Positions 28,203 through 39,835 are shown, numbered from the stretch's first letter. The stretch: 64,000 nt of DNA from Candidatus Latescibacterota bacterium (GCA_965261395.1 OZ253462.1:2720001-2784000); one strand, 5' to 3'. Notes: generated by a model from the letters alone, not told the origin. Made by a program: numbers and translations.

Positions 28203-30380
28203 ATGAATACCGACGAACCAATCCCATTTGCAGCATTCGCCCGCTTCGAGCGGCTCACCGCCGAGAAGCCGCTGCTATACTGCGAGCCACCCGCGTGGGC
28301 GGCTGCCAGTCACGCCATCGTCGTTGGCGACACCGTGCATTATCTATGGGCCAAAAAGGGAGGGGACAATAGCTGGGTACACATGCACAGCTCCGCGCCA
28401 GTCGCCGATCCCACGGCGGTGACGCACGACTAGCGCAATCCCATCCTGCGGCCTTCCGCAGACGGCTTCGACAACCAAGGTGTAGAATACCCATTCCCGT
28501 TCTGGAATCCCGCCGACCAGCGCTACTACGCCTATTATCTCGGCAGCCAAGGCGAGAACAGGCCTCGTCGCAAACAGACCGGCCTACTAGTCAGCGACGG
28601 CGATTTAGGGGCGTGGACGCGGATTAGCGATGCACCCGTAGTTGCCGTCGGCGGCGCGCACGAGCAACACGGCTCTTCCCATCCGTCGGTGGCCGTGTCG
28701 GGCGATGTCATTCACATGGTCTATACCGGCGAATGGCTTTGTTGCATGAAAACCGGTCGGGGCCGTGTTGGCTTCTTTCGCGTGTGATTTACGCTTTTTT
28801 GGTTAGCGGATAGGACTCAGGTTTCGCCAACGCCCGCATCCGGTTGAGCAAGGCACAGCCCAACCGCGCTTCGGTCTGTTGGTTGGTTAGGGTTCGGGTG
28901 CGCAAGGTGTCACCAAGTATCTGTTTGTAGCGGCCTATCTGCGTTTCGGCTACCGAGCGTCGATGATAGCCGCTCTCGTGTTTCCAACCTCGACGGCCCC
29001 GTTTGCGGATGGCTCGAATCGTCTCATCGCGGGGCAACGGCTCGGCGTTGGTGTTGCCATGTTGCTCGATTTTGGCGTCCTTGCGCGGCGGAATGATCGG
29101 ATGAATAGGTGCCCCCTGCTCGGGCGCGGCCAACGCCTTGAACACCTTGCGTTTGTCATAGGCCCCATCGCCGCCCAACGCCTCCACGGGGGCCTCGATC
29201 TGTGCCAGCAACGGCTCCACCTGCCCCGCATCATCGTGGCTATTCGTCGTCAAGGTCTGCGCGACGATCTCGCCGGTGGCTTCATTAACCCCGAGGTGCA
29301 ATTTGCGCCACGTGCGCCGCTTGCTCCAGCCGTGCTGACGCACCTTCCATTCGCCTTCGCCATACACTTTCAGCCCGGTCGAATCCACCACCAAGTGCAT
29401 CGGTTGGTCTCCCCGCTGGGGCGGCCACGCCACGGCTAAACCCGCCTGACGGCGCGACAGGGTCGTGTGATCGGGCACCCGCAGATCCAAGCCCATCAGG
29501 GCCAACACCGAAGCGACAAACCCCTCGGTTTGGCGTAGGGGCAAGTGATACAAAAGACGCAGCGTCAACGCCGTTTGGATGGCGACCTCCGAAAAGGTAT
29601 ATTGCGCCCCCCGCTGAGGCGGCCCTTGATAATACCAAGCTTCGACGGCCTGGGGCGTGAACCACACCGTCAGACTACCGCGCTGTTGCAGCCCGGCCTC
29701 ATAGTCGGCCCAATTACGTACCCGGTACACGACGTTGGAGCGACGGCGAGGCGAGCGACCAGGCTTGACGGAAGAGGGGCAAGACGATAGGTTGGCCATG
29801 ACAGGTTCCTTGGACGAGAAAGCATGGGTTTTTTGGCGAAAGTCGTGCTCAATCTACTGAGGAGCCTGTTTTTATTCAACCGATCAACCGAAAAAAACAC
29901 CAATTCATGCACCAAAGCCCCGGCGAATCGCCAGCGCCTCCTGCACGGCGCGATATCCTCTACAACGTGCCGACCATCTGTCACGCCACTGCACCAACCA
30001 GCGACCCAGCGCAGGTCACCAAAAATCCCGCCAATCCCGTGTTCTGCGGATCGGGGCAGGCGTGGGATCGCTATGGGGTGCGCGAAGCCGAAATCCTCAA
30101 AGGGCCGAGCTACTTCCATCTGTTCTACGGAGGCTACGACGGCGAGGTCTGGGCCATTGGGCACGTCCGCACGCGCGACTTCCGCGCTTTCGAACCCAAC
30201 CCACACAACCCGATCTTCACGCCTGCGACCGATGCCGATGCTTGGGACCGCGATGGCCTCCTGACCCCACAGGTGTTCGCGATCAATGGGACCTATTACA
30301 TGATATATGCTGGTCTCAGAGGATCGGGATGGAATCGCGTGTCAGCAGTCGGGACGGGCTTAGCCGTAGCCAACCCATAG
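28203..30380 (+). pseudogene. Five-bladed beta-propeller glycosidase-like gene (GH32/43/130-like), with an internal stop and an IS insertion
   Basis: Repeated NPIL/NPVF...WD blades; TAG at 28431; IS at 28735-29919; reading frame resumes in ORF 29907..30380. Confidence 0.75.
28735..29919 (-). mobile_element. IS5-family element (IS903-like); transposase 28789..29799
   Basis: TIR GGCTTTGTTGCATGAA / TTCATGCACCAAAGCC; 9-bp duplication CCGGCGAAT; VDSTGLKVYGEGEW, DGAYD and YHRRSVAET motifs. Confidence 0.95.
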
Positions 30381-30387
30381 GGATCCC

Positions 30388-31842
30388 TCACCCACGCTCA
30401 TCGGCCCGCTCAATAACCCGCATACTCTTCCAGCGCCCCGTGCGAAAGCGCAAGTAGAAAGCCACGCCTTGGACGCATATATACGCACAGGCAAAGCTCC
30501 ATATCAGGTACAGTCCTCCGTCGAAATAAGTTAGGGCGACAAAAGACGGCACGACCATGAGCACCCAAGCCAGCGAGATCGACATCCACATGACGAAGCG
30601 GGTGTCGCCTGCGCCCTTAAGGGTCGCTGTGAAGACCATATAGGCGACGTCGGAGACGCCGTACAGGGCCACGAAGCGCAGCAAGACCACGGCGATCTGA
30701 TGCGCGGCCGCAAAGTTGGCGTCCCTGTCTGCGCCAAAGGGCGCAAGGAAAAACTCCGGCACCACGATGTAACCCAAGGACATCGTCCCCATGTACAGCA
30801 TGGCCAAGTGTAAACCCGACCACGTGCAGTACTCGGCGGTTTCGGGCTGATCGCGCCCCAAGCGCTGGCCGACCATCGTCGATACGGCAATGCTGCAACC
30901 AATGAGCGGCATAAAGGCGAGGCTGTTGATGTGAAAGGCCAAATTCGTTGCCGCCAACGGGATCGGCCCCAAGCGGCCCACGATAAACAAAAAGGAGGTA
31001 AAGGCCATGATGTCGAGCATGAAGTTGACGCCGTTGGGGCCGCCGAAGCGCAATAGGCGCCGCAGCAGCTTGAGGTCGGGCTTCCAGCCGCGCAACGTGG
31101 CGTACTCGCTGCGATATCGCGGCCTCAAAAACAGCACCGCGAAACACAAGGCCGAGACCACCAAGCCGATATTGGTGGCCCACGCCGCCCCGACGATCCC
31201 CAACTCAGGCAGTCCCCAGTGCCCGAATATCAAGGCGTAGTCGCAGATGATGTTGACACTGATGGCCAAGGCATTGACTGCCAGCACCACCCACGTCTGG
31301 CCTCGCCCGCTGAAAAAGCACGAGAAGGCCGTGGACAAGACTTGCGGACCGGTGCCGTAGCAAAGGATGCGGAAGTACTGGGTTTCAGCGGCGCGGATGT
31401 CCGAGTCGTGGCCAATGAACGCGAAAAGTTCGCCAGCAAAGGCGGCCGGCAGCAAGGCCAAGAGGCCGCCGAACAAAGCCACGTATGCCCCTTGCCACAC
31501 GGCCGGCCCTACGCGCGTCAGCCGCCGCGCACCCATGTATTGGGCGACAAACGTGTTGGCGTATTGGGCCGTGCCCATAAAGAGGCTGATGAAGGTGAAG
31601 TTGGCCATGCCCGCCGGCAGCGCGGCCGCCAACGCCTCGGTGGAATACCAAGAGAGAAAGACCCGATCGACAAAGTGCTGGATGCTCCAGCTAGCCGTGC
31701 TCAGAATCAGCGGCAGGGCAAGCCCTAAAAACTCCCGGTACCCGCCTGCGGCTCCCCACCGCCTAGCGATGCGACCCACGCTCAGTTCGCCATAAATTCG
31801 GCCACGGCAATCAATTCGCCGCCGCGCCGCGCCGACTCCCAC
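30388..31842 (-). CDS. MATE-family efflux transporter
   Basis: LALPLILS...VDRVFL, GLPELGIVGAAWAT and LKGAGDT motifs. Start probably near 31785. Confidence 0.9.
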   Translation of the reverse strand: MGVGAARRRIDCRGRIYGELSVGRIARRWGAAGGYREFLGLALPLILSTASWSIQHFVDRVFLSWYSTEALAAALPAGMANFTFISLFMGTAQYANTFVAQYMGARRLTRVGPAVWQGAYVALFGGLLALLPAAFAGELFAFIGHDSDIRAAETQYFRILCYGTGPQVLSTAFSCFFSGRGQTWVVLAVNALAISVNIICDYALIFGHWGLPELGIVGAAWATNIGLVVSALCFAVLFLRPRYRSEYATLRGWKPDLKLLRRLLRFGGPNGVNFMLDIMAFTSFLFIVGRLGPIPLAATNLAFHINSLAFMPLIGCSIAVSTMVGQRLGRDQPETAEYCTWSGLHLAMLYMGTMSLGYIVVPEFFLAPFGADRDANFAAAHQIAVVLLRFVALYGVSDVAYMVFTATLKGAGDTRFVMWMSISLAWVLMVVPSFVALTYFDGGLYLIWSFACAYICVQGVAFYLRFRTGRWKSMRVIERADERG

Positions 31843-32801
31843 CCCGCCAATACCGGGGCCAGCGAATAGAGGCCGTCGGCATAGTCGTTGAGCAGCAGGG
31901 CGCGGTTGCCGGTGCGCACGGCCTCAATGAAGACGCGGTCTTGCGCAAACCACGGGTCAAATTCCTCCGGCGCGTACACGACCTCGCCATTGACCTCGAT
32001 CCGGTCGTACATCCACAGCGCCAAGTAGCCCCCTTCGTAAAAAATGGTAAAACGCGGCTCGTCGCCCGGAGCGGTGGGCGTGGTGGCGAGAAACGTCGAG
32101 GTCATGGTCGCCCCGTTTGCCAACAAAAAGTTAAACGAACACGACAGCGGCGTGTTGTACCGAGGGGGATGGTGGTAAAACGCTTGGGCTTGGGTAATAT
32201 CGAGACCGCTCATAAAGCGCGCGTAGTCAACGGCGTGCACCCCCCAGTCGAAGGCCGAGCCGCCGGCCTTGTCCATCTGATAGTGCCAACTGTCTGGGTC
32301 GGGGACCTCGGCTTCGAGCAGGGGCAGGCCAGCCGTGCTCTGGAAGCAGATGTGGGTGATGGCCTTATCCGCGAGCAGGCGGCGGGCCTCCTGAAAGAGC
32401 GGGCGGTAGCGCTCGCGGAAACAGACCGTTGAAATCGCGCCACCCTCTGCGACCGCATCGGCGATGCGCCGCGCAACAGCCATACGGGTCGCTTGCGGTT
32501 TCTCACTGAAGAGGTGGATGCCCCGCGCTGCGGCCGCGGCTTCCACATCGGTGCGCGCAAAGGCCGGCACGACCGAATAGAGCGCGTCGAGCTGCTCCTC
32601 CGCGAGCATCTGGTGCGGGTCCGCATAGGTGCGGGTGATGGAGTATTTTTGCGCGGTGGCGGCGAGGTTGTCCGGGTTGGGGTCACTCGCGGCGACCAGT
32701 TCGACGCCAGCTAGCTTACTCAGGTTGGGCAGGTGAGTTTGGTTGGCGAAACGGCCGGTGCCATAGATGCCGACGCGTACCGGGCGATTGTCTGCGGACA
32801 T
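31782..32801 (-). CDS. Gfo/Idh/MocA oxidoreductase
   Basis: GIYGTGRFA, FSEKP and DWGVHAVD motifs. Confidence 0.9.
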   Translation of the reverse strand: MSADNRPVRVGIYGTGRFANQTHLPNLSKLAGVELVAASDPNPDNLAATAQKYSITRTYADPHQMLAEEQLDALYSVVPAFARTDVEAAAAARGIHLFSEKPQATRMAVARRIADAVAEGGAISTVCFRERYRPLFQEARRLLADKAITHICFQSTAGLPLLEAEVPDPDSWHYQMDKAGGSAFDWGVHAVDYARFMSGLDITQAQAFYHHPPRYNTPLSCSFNFLLANGATMTSTFLATTPTAPGDEPRFTIFYEGGYLALWMYDRIEVNGEVVYAPEEFDPWFAQDRVFIEAVRTGNRALLLNDYADGLYSLAPVLAGWESARRGGELIAVAEFMAN

Positions 32802-33054
32802 GAGTGAATCCTTTGTTGACAGCTTTTATACAGCGGAGCGGAATGGGCAAGAAAAGGAAAAAGGAAACCATGCGCCAGACCGCTCTGCGGCAGGTCACAG
32901 GGCAATCTGAGGCGTCTGTCCTACGCTCGTGCCGCCTTCGCCACCGAGTAGGCGAACGCAGAATATTTCAGCCCCGTGGTACCAATTGCAACTGTTCACA
33001 CGAGTAAGTACCTTCGCGTCAGATAACGGCCATTAACCATCGAAAGACACACCT

Positions 33055-33528
33055 ATGATTCAGCGAAAGGCTGTACGCGCGGTCATTATGACGCCGGATC
33101 ATCGAGTACTGCTGATGAAGCTCCAAGAGCCTGTCGCAGGATTTCAAGTTTGGATTACGCCCGGCGGCGGCTTGAAACCCCATGAGTCTGATGAAGAAGG
33201 ACTACGGCGAGAAGTAGCTGAAGAGACAGGTGTTAGGAATTTCTGTCTGGGGCCACCCGTATGGACCAGAAAACACGAATTCTCTTGGAACGGTCGAAGC
33301 TATAGCCAAAATGAAGTCTATTATCTCGTACAAGCAGACCAATTTGATCCGGTAATGGACGTGGAGGCGGCTCCAGGTGAGGCAGCGGCGTTCCACGAGT
33401 TCCATTGGTGGTCAATCGACGCCATCGCTAGGTCCGCAGAGAAATTCGCTCCTCGCAATCTTCATTGTCTGCTTGAGAGTATCGCCAAGAACGGGCCACC
33501 AGATAAGCCTATCGCCGTAGGAGCATGA
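33055..33528 (+). CDS. NUDIX hydrolase
   Basis: PGGGLKPHESDEEGLRREVAEETG Nudix box. Confidence 0.92.
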   Translation: MIQRKAVRAVIMTPDHRVLLMKLQEPVAGFQVWITPGGGLKPHESDEEGLRREVAEETGVRNFCLGPPVWTRKHEFSWNGRSYSQNEVYYLVQADQFDPVMDVEAAPGEAAAFHEFHWWSIDAIARSAEKFAPRNLHCLLESIAKNGPPDKPIAVGA

Positions 33529-33775
33529 GCGTTAGGGGCCACCAGCGTTTAACGGCACTATTCGGTTCTTGGCCTTAGGCAACTTGCTTTACAGTCTCGA
33601 AAACCGTGGAAACTTTATGGGAAATGCGAATACAGAAGATCCGAATCCCACAAGAAAACTGAGGTGCCATGGAGCATGTGACGTTCCGAACTCACGTTAT
33701 TCATTAATATTGCGAACGTTCTCACGCAGATGATCAAACCAAAAGAGTTGCTTACGCTACTCCTCGTTTAGTCGA

Positions 33776-35275
33776 ATGAGAAAGATACCCATGTTACGCA
33801 TTGTCTTGCTCACCCTATCATTTCTAGCCCTTTCCTGCTCGAAACATCAACCGCCACCTGTCGCGCCAGCGGGTAAGGCCAACTGTGCCCTGTGCGGCTT
33901 CCTCGGCGATGGGAATCATCAAGCCCCTGACGGCTCGGGCGGACATACGGCACCTCAAGATAGCACCGAAACCGAAACCGATTCGCTTCCTGCTGATTCA
34001 ACGGCAACTACTCAGACCGATGATATAGAAGAGACTGATACCACAGCTACAGAGGCTGATACCACGGCTACAGATATAGAAGGCGATGATAACGTCAGTA
34101 CTGGCGGCGATACGAACCAGTATATTCGTATCCATCGCAGTTACGCGCCCATGGCCGACCACTGGATTGTCGGTGATATGCTTGCCGAGGATGCTTTAGA
34201 CGAGTTAACGTATGGCCAAATGGAGATCTACCGCGAGGCGGCGGCGGCGTGGGACCGCGTCATTGTCAATGGCTTGCCCGAAGGCATAGACATTTATCCC
34301 TTCATATCGTCTAATGTGGACTATTTCGTTTATGCTTATGCAACTACCGCCGACACAGAAGTCGGTACCAACGGCATTGAGTTTATCAAGTCATGCATAA
34401 TCGGCACTACCTCTTTTCCGTTTGGTGATGCCATCACCGACGAGCTATGGAGCATCACCGAGCGCGAGTTTGCGCTACGTGTTGCCAAACATGAAATAGG
34501 GCATTGTATCGGCATAGGTGCTAACAATGTCACCTTCATTGAAATGACTGAAGAGGAAACCATATACCCTTACGAAGTGATAGACGATTCTACTGCACCA
34601 GATGACTGGGATTTAGAGATAGACACTACGGCCCAGGACATGTATAGAGTCTATTTCACCGGTACTAGCACCGTGCGAGAGTTCAACCGGTTGGCCGACG
34701 ATAAGTGGGGCCATACCGGTGTGCCGCTGAATTCTGGCGAGTCCCCGGGTCAATTAGATTACGGTCATTGGGACAGCCCCATCCTTATGCGAAGCGTTAT
34801 GAGCATTCGCCCGGTTAGCTACGGCAACTTACAGTATAATGGCATCCATGCCATAGACGTAGCTGCGCTCAAGGACTTGGGCTATTCAGTCAACAAGGCG
34901 GGCATTGAAGCCGAGAGGCTTATCGCCGGGTTCCGGTATATCAGTACTGACGAAGGCTATCCTTACCTAGGCGTCGAGACGCTTATGTTTCCCGACCACG
35001 AGCTTCACTTTCCCGAGCGCGCCCACTATTACCTTGTCATCGACGAGGGGCGCACTATCAAAAAATATATGAACGCTATCAATGCCCACGTAGTCCCGAG
35101 AACCCATCCCAATATCGTCTGGCGTAATGTGCTATGGACGCCTCAGCATTTGCAGAAGCCCTCCGAAGTCTTTTGGGGTGGCTTGTCGGGGCCACCGGCG
35201 GGGAAAGCGGTCGCGCGACCTTCCTTTACTTGCTTATTGAGTTCTGCAAATATAAAGGAAGGTTTTACAGTTTAA
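33776..35275 (+). CDS. Lipoprotein zinc metallopeptidase, leishmanolysin (M8)-like
   Basis: Lipobox LALSC, acidic Thr-rich linker, HEIGH motif, distal GHW and Met-turn-like SVMS, AALKDLGY. Confidence 0.75.
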   Translation: MRKIPMLRIVLLTLSFLALSCSKHQPPPVAPAGKANCALCGFLGDGNHQAPDGSGGHTAPQDSTETETDSLPADSTATTQTDDIEETDTTATEADTTATDIEGDDNVSTGGDTNQYIRIHRSYAPMADHWIVGDMLAEDALDELTYGQMEIYREAAAAWDRVIVNGLPEGIDIYPFISSNVDYFVYAYATTADTEVGTNGIEFIKSCIIGTTSFPFGDAITDELWSITEREFALRVAKHEIGHCIGIGANNVTFIEMTEEETIYPYEVIDDSTAPDDWDLEIDTTAQDMYRVYFTGTSTVREFNRLADDKWGHTGVPLNSGESPGQLDYGHWDSPILMRSVMSIRPVSYGNLQYNGIHAIDVAALKDLGYSVNKAGIEAERLIAGFRYISTDEGYPYLGVETLMFPDHELHFPERAHYYLVIDEGRTIKKYMNAINAHVVPRTHPNIVWRNVLWTPQHLQKPSEVFWGGLSGPPAGKAVARPSFTCLLSSANIKEGFTV

Positions 35276-36303
35276 GTTGTGCATACTTGAAGAAGCCTCT
35301 AATCAGGTCGTTATCGTGATGCTGGGCGGTGATCGACATGCAGACCGCATCTGCTACGTCGTCGATGTGGTCTGGAATGAAGTGGGCTAGATCGCCATAC
35401 TTAGTATGATTCCAGACCTGTTCAGCCGGATTCAATTCGGGTGCATAGGCGGGTAACCATTCGATGGTGAGTCGATCCGGATACCTTTTGTGCAATACCG
35501 CCACCGCGGCGCGATGCACACTCCACCGATCCAAAATGAGCACGACCTTGCGCCGTATCATACGCCGCAGAGGACCGACAAAGGATACCACATCCTGCCG
35601 GTCAATATTATGCTCATACATTCGGAAATAAACGCCCAACCGCTGGCGCCGAGGCGGCAAGGTAACGGCGGCCTGAACCGACAAGCGATCATGGCGATCC
35701 CACACCTTGTGTATGGGCGTGTGACCCGACAAAGCCCACGTCCTACGACGGGTGGGTTGCAGCATGAAGCCCCTCTGATCCATCAAGGCGATGGTCGCCC
35801 CTTGGTGCCGGGCTTTTTTTTAATCCGCGGCCACTCCACTAAGCGCCATTGGCGGATGGCCTCCTCCTCCCGTTCGCGCGCCCGGTGCTGGGGATACTGG
35901 CATGAAAAACCCAACCCATGCAGCAGACGACCCACGTGATCGGGATGATAGGACACCCCAAACGTTTGGGCCATCACCTGCGCGACACGCCGACAGGTCC
36001 ACAGCGCTATCAAAGCCAGCCGCCTGGGGGCCTTGGAGCAGAAGCTGTTTCAACTGATCCTTGTCTTGGGGACTCAACTGACAGCCCCGACCCGGATGCG
36101 GTTTGGCTTTGAGCCCCTCCTCGCCGGCTTGCGCTTTCATCGCCTTCCAACGAGACACCGAGGAAGGGGAGACTTGGACCAGACGAGCTACTTCGTTGAC
36201 GCCTTTGCCGGCATCAAGCAACTGAGCCGCCCATTGACGACGATATTCCAGCCGATCGGCACTACCTTTAGGTCGCATATAAATGAATATAACTATTCCT
36301 TTA
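35253..36303 (-). mobile_element. IS630-family element (two ORFs, frameshifted)
   Basis: Imperfect IRs TAAAGGAA.../...TTCCTTTA with TA ends; HTH ORF from about 36278; DDE ORF 35265..35786 (LILDRW, PAYAPELNPAEQVW). Confidence 0.85.
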
Positions 36304-36351
36304 AAAATGCAGAGGTCAATAACGGGAATGTTTGCCCCCACCATCCCGTAA

Positions 36352-36560
36352 GAGGCTGTCTGAAAACCATATTTTTTTATTTGATCCGTTTGAGTAGCAA
36401 GTGGATCATGGCAATCTGAATCAAGGCCTCGCTATGGCGGGTCAACACCTCATAATCTCGGGCATGTCGACGAAAATTCATCAACCACGCCAAGGTGCGC
36501 TCGACGACCCAAGTTTGAGTACGGTAAATCCGGGGCCTTGTTTGGCGACGACTTCCAAGC
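36352..36560 (-). mobile_element. 3'-end remnant of a related IS5 (IS1031-like) element
   Basis: GAGGCTGTCTGAAAAC end, followed by the reverse complement of the WVVERTLAWL...LLKRIK coding segment, diverged from the three intact copies. Confidence 0.8.
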
Positions 36561-36761
36561 TATAAGAACAGTGAACGGTTCACAGAGAACGGGTATCTAG
36601 AGTAAGCGGTTGTGCTAGATACTAGATATGTCCGTGTCTGGCTCCAGGCTATGTCCTTTGCGGTCCGAGTACGGCGGACGTTAGCCGAAAACCTTGGTGA
36701 AACACATAACCCAGACTAGGAAAGGGACACATGCCATTCAAGATTGCTGACGATCCAGAGG

Positions 36762-37937
36762 GGCTTTGGTGCATGGATCGGTATTTTTGGGTTTCTCGGT
36801 TGAATAAAGACAGGCTCCTCAGTAGATTGGGCATGACTTTTTTGCGAAAAGACTCTATGCCTTCTCTTCCAAGGAACCTGTCCTGTCCAACGTATCGTCT
36901 GCTCCGTCTTCGGTCAAGCCCCGTCGCCGTCGCTCGAAGGTTGTGTATCGGGTGCGTAATTGGCCTGATTATGATGCGGGGCTTACCCAGCGCGGTAGCC
37001 TGACGGTGTGGTTTTCCCCCCAAGCGGTCGAAGCGTGGTATTATCAAGGGCCGCGCCAACGGGGGGCGCAATATACCTTTTCGGACGTAGCCATCCACAC
37101 GGCGTTGACGTTGCGGCTTATGTATCACTTGCCGCTACGCCAAACCGAGGGGTTTGTCGCTTCCATTGTAGCCTTGATGGGCTTGGCTATACGGGTGCCG
37201 GATCATACGACCCTCTCGCGGCGTCAGGCTGACTTGACAGTAGCGTTGCCTACCCAGCCCACGGATCAACCCCGGCATTGGGTCGTTGATTCGACGGGGT
37301 TGAAGGGGTATGGCGAAGGCGAGTGGAAGGTGCGTCAGCACGGCTGGGGCAAGCGGCGCACCTGGCGCAAATTGCACCTTGGGGTCGACGAAGCCACCGG
37401 CGAGATCGTCGCCCAGACGTTGACGGCCAATCGCCCAGATGATGCCGGGCAGGTCGAGCCGTTGCTGGAGCAAGTCGCGGCCCCCATCGCGGCGGTGGGC
37501 GGGGATGGAGCCTATGATAAACGCAAGGTGTTTGAGGCGTTGGCTGCGCCGGACCGAGGGCCGCCGATCCGGCCGATCATTCCGCCGCGCAAAGACGCCA
37601 AAATCCAGCAACATGGCAACTGCAACGCGGAGCCGTTGCCCCGCGATGAGACGATCCGAACCATCCGTAGCCGGGGCCGTCGAACCTGGAAAAAAACCAG
37701 TGGCTATCATCGCCGATCCCTCGTCGAAACCCAGATCGGCCGCTACAAACAGAGCCTCGGCGACACCTTGCACGCCCGAACCCTATCCCACCAACAAACC
37801 GAAACACGAGTGGGATGTGCCATACTCAACCGGCTATTGCATTTGGCTAAGCCCGAGTCCTATCCGATAACCAAGGAAGTCTAAAACACACCAGACAAGG
37901 GGCAACACGGCCCCGACAGTTTTCATGCACCAAAGCC
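36762..37937 (+). mobile_element. Second IS903-like element, degenerate; transposase about 36883..37884
   Basis: TIR GGCTTTGGTGCATG / CATGCACCAAAGCC; start ATG replaced by CTG; no target duplication. Confidence 0.9.
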
Positions 37938-38958
37938 ACAAAGCAATACACGCAACGTCGCTTACGCTCCTTAGAAGCCGTCTGAAAACCCTCTGATGTA
38001 GCCGAATTTGAAAGGGCGTACTCATCGAGCCATATTCAGGTTTCACCACAAAATCTGAACAGAAAGGCTTGTATAATGAGTACGCCGCGTAGGCAATATG
38101 CCACCGATCTAACCGATGGACAATGGCAGCGGATCGAACCGTTGCTGCCCGCGCCGCGCTGGCGGCTTCACGGTCCGGGTCGGCCGCCGCGGGATCGACG
38201 CCAAATCGTCAACGGCCTTTTATATTTGAACAAGACGGGGTGTCCTTGGGCTTTGTTGCCTGCTTGTTTTGGGCCGTGGAAAACGGGGTATGATTACTTT
38301 CGTCGCTGGAGCCTGCAAGGGGTCTGGCCGCCGGTGTTGGATCGGTTGACCAAGCGGGAACGCCGCCAGAGCGGCCGGGCGGCGATGCCGTCGGCTGGCT
38401 GCGTCGATAGTCAGACGATTAAGACCGCAACGCATGGTAAAACAACCGGGTATGACGCCGGTAAAAAGATCAAAGGCCGCAAACGGCATTTGTTGGTGGA
38501 CACGTCGGGTTTGCTTCGACAGGTGGTGGTCACCGCCGCCGATGTCGATGATCGAGAGGGTTTGAAGCAGGTGTTGACCCGCTTGAAGGCCGCCGGAGTG
38601 GCTCGGTTACGCAAGCTGTGGGTTGATGGCGGCTACCAAGGCGAGGCCATCCGAACGTGGGTGGCCAACCAAAAAAAGACGCACAAAATAGACTTGGAAG
38701 TCGTCGCCAAACAAGGCTCCGGATTTACCCTAGTTAAACGCCGGTGGGTCGTCGAGCGCACCTTGGCGTGGTTGATGAATTTTCGCCGACATGCGAGAGA
38801 TTATGAGGTCTTGACCCGCCATAGTGAAGCCTTGATCCAGATTGCCATGATCCACTTGCTACTTAAACGAATCAAATGAAAATTAGAGTTTTCAGACGGC
38901 TTCTTAGGGCTTCGCCCACCCCGCATGCGCGGGGTCATGAATTGTGAAAGCGTTATGT
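37938..38958 (+). other. Probable integron attC site split by IS5 copy 2 and clipped on the left by the IS903-like element
   Basis: Removing the IS gives ..acaaagcaatacacgc...catgaattgtgaaagcGTTATGT, with internal hairpins (gggc-ttc-gccc, ccccgc-at-gcgcgggg). Confidence 0.5.
37974..38903 (+). mobile_element. IS5-family element, copy 2; transposase 38076..38879
   Basis: Same TIRs and protein as copy 1; TTA duplication. Confidence 0.93.
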
Positions 38959-39008
38959 GAAAACGGGGTTCATGTTTCGTATATTCATAAAGGCATGGAG
39001 GTCATAGG

Positions 39009-39233
39009 ATGAATGAACGAATCATAATCGATCCCTCGATCCGCCATGGCAAGCCGGTGGTGCGAGGGACCCGAGTGCCGGTGCATCGGATTATTGGGAG
39101 CCTTGCAGGTGGGGCAACCCCAGAAGAAGTCTGTGAGGAATATGGCATTATCGACGCGGATGTACGGGCCGCTCTTGAGTACGCGGAGGAACTCGTAGAA
39201 GCAGAAGAAGCTCATCCTCTACCTGCATCCTAA
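39009..39233 (+). CDS. DUF433-family antitoxin
   Basis: IIIDPSIRHGKPVVRGTRVPV...DVRAALEYA. Confidence 0.9.
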   Translation: MNERIIIDPSIRHGKPVVRGTRVPVHRIIGSLAGGATPEEVCEEYGIIDADVRAALEYAEELVEAEEAHPLPAS

Positions 39234-39239
39234 ATCGGT

Positions 39240-39602
39240 TTGCGATTCATCATCGACGCTGATCTTCCTCGCGCTGTAGCCGTTGTGATTGCCGATTTCG
39301 ATCACGAGTCGGTTGACGTTCGGGACATAGGCATGGGGGTTTCCAGTGACGAGCAGATCGCGGAGTATGCGCGCTTGAGAAGGCTGTGTTTGCTAACTGC
39401 CGATTTGGGTTTCGGGGATGTCCGGCAATATCCTCCGTCAAGGCATGTTGGCATTGTGATCTTACGTTTACCTCGCCACGCAACGACTTCCTTCATACTA
39501 TGGCTGCTTTCATCGTTCCTCCGACGAGGAGAGATACTGTTGAAGCTTGAGGGTAAACTGGCAGTGGTGGAAGCAGGTCGCGTCCTGCTTCGAACACGGT
39601 GA
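39240..39602 (+). CDS. DUF5615 PIN-like toxin
   Basis: MRFIIDADLP, SDEQI and LLTADLGFG motifs. Confidence 0.85.
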   Translation: MRFIIDADLPRAVAVVIADFDHESVDVRDIGMGVSSDEQIAEYARLRRLCLLTADLGFGDVRQYPPSRHVGIVILRLPRHATTSFILWLLSSFLRRGEILLKLEGKLAVVEAGRVLLRTR

Positions 39603-39622
39603 GATCTGTCTTGCCCGTCTTC

Positions 39623-39676
39623 ACATAACACATCGGTGTTGCTCTGCGCGGGTTCGCAAACCGGAAGACGTTAGGC
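39623..39676 (+). other. Integron attC-like recombination site
   Basis: R'' ACATAAC, L'' CGGT(G)TTGC pairing with L' GCAAACCG (one extrahelical G), R' GTTAGGC; begins 20 bp after the toxin stop. Confidence 0.65.
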
Positions 39677-39835
39677 GACATAGAAAAAAACGAGTGGACG
39701 TTATTTTGGTATCTCTCCAGAATAGACGGATATATATCGCATTTTTGCAGTATAATCACTATTTCGCATCACGAGGGCACGCCAGAATCCGTCGCAGACG
39801 AGGATGGATGACACGATACCGAGGAACTGACACGA

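Noticed and set aside
33055-33528. NUDIX gene as mutT explaining the transversion bias
   Set aside because: The Nudix box alone does not specify 8-oxo-dGTPase activity and the gene looks intact; no link can be drawn from sequence.
33528-33560. GTTAGGG just after the NUDIX stop as another attC
   Set aside because: No matching R'' box or paired L boxes are visible; too short to support.
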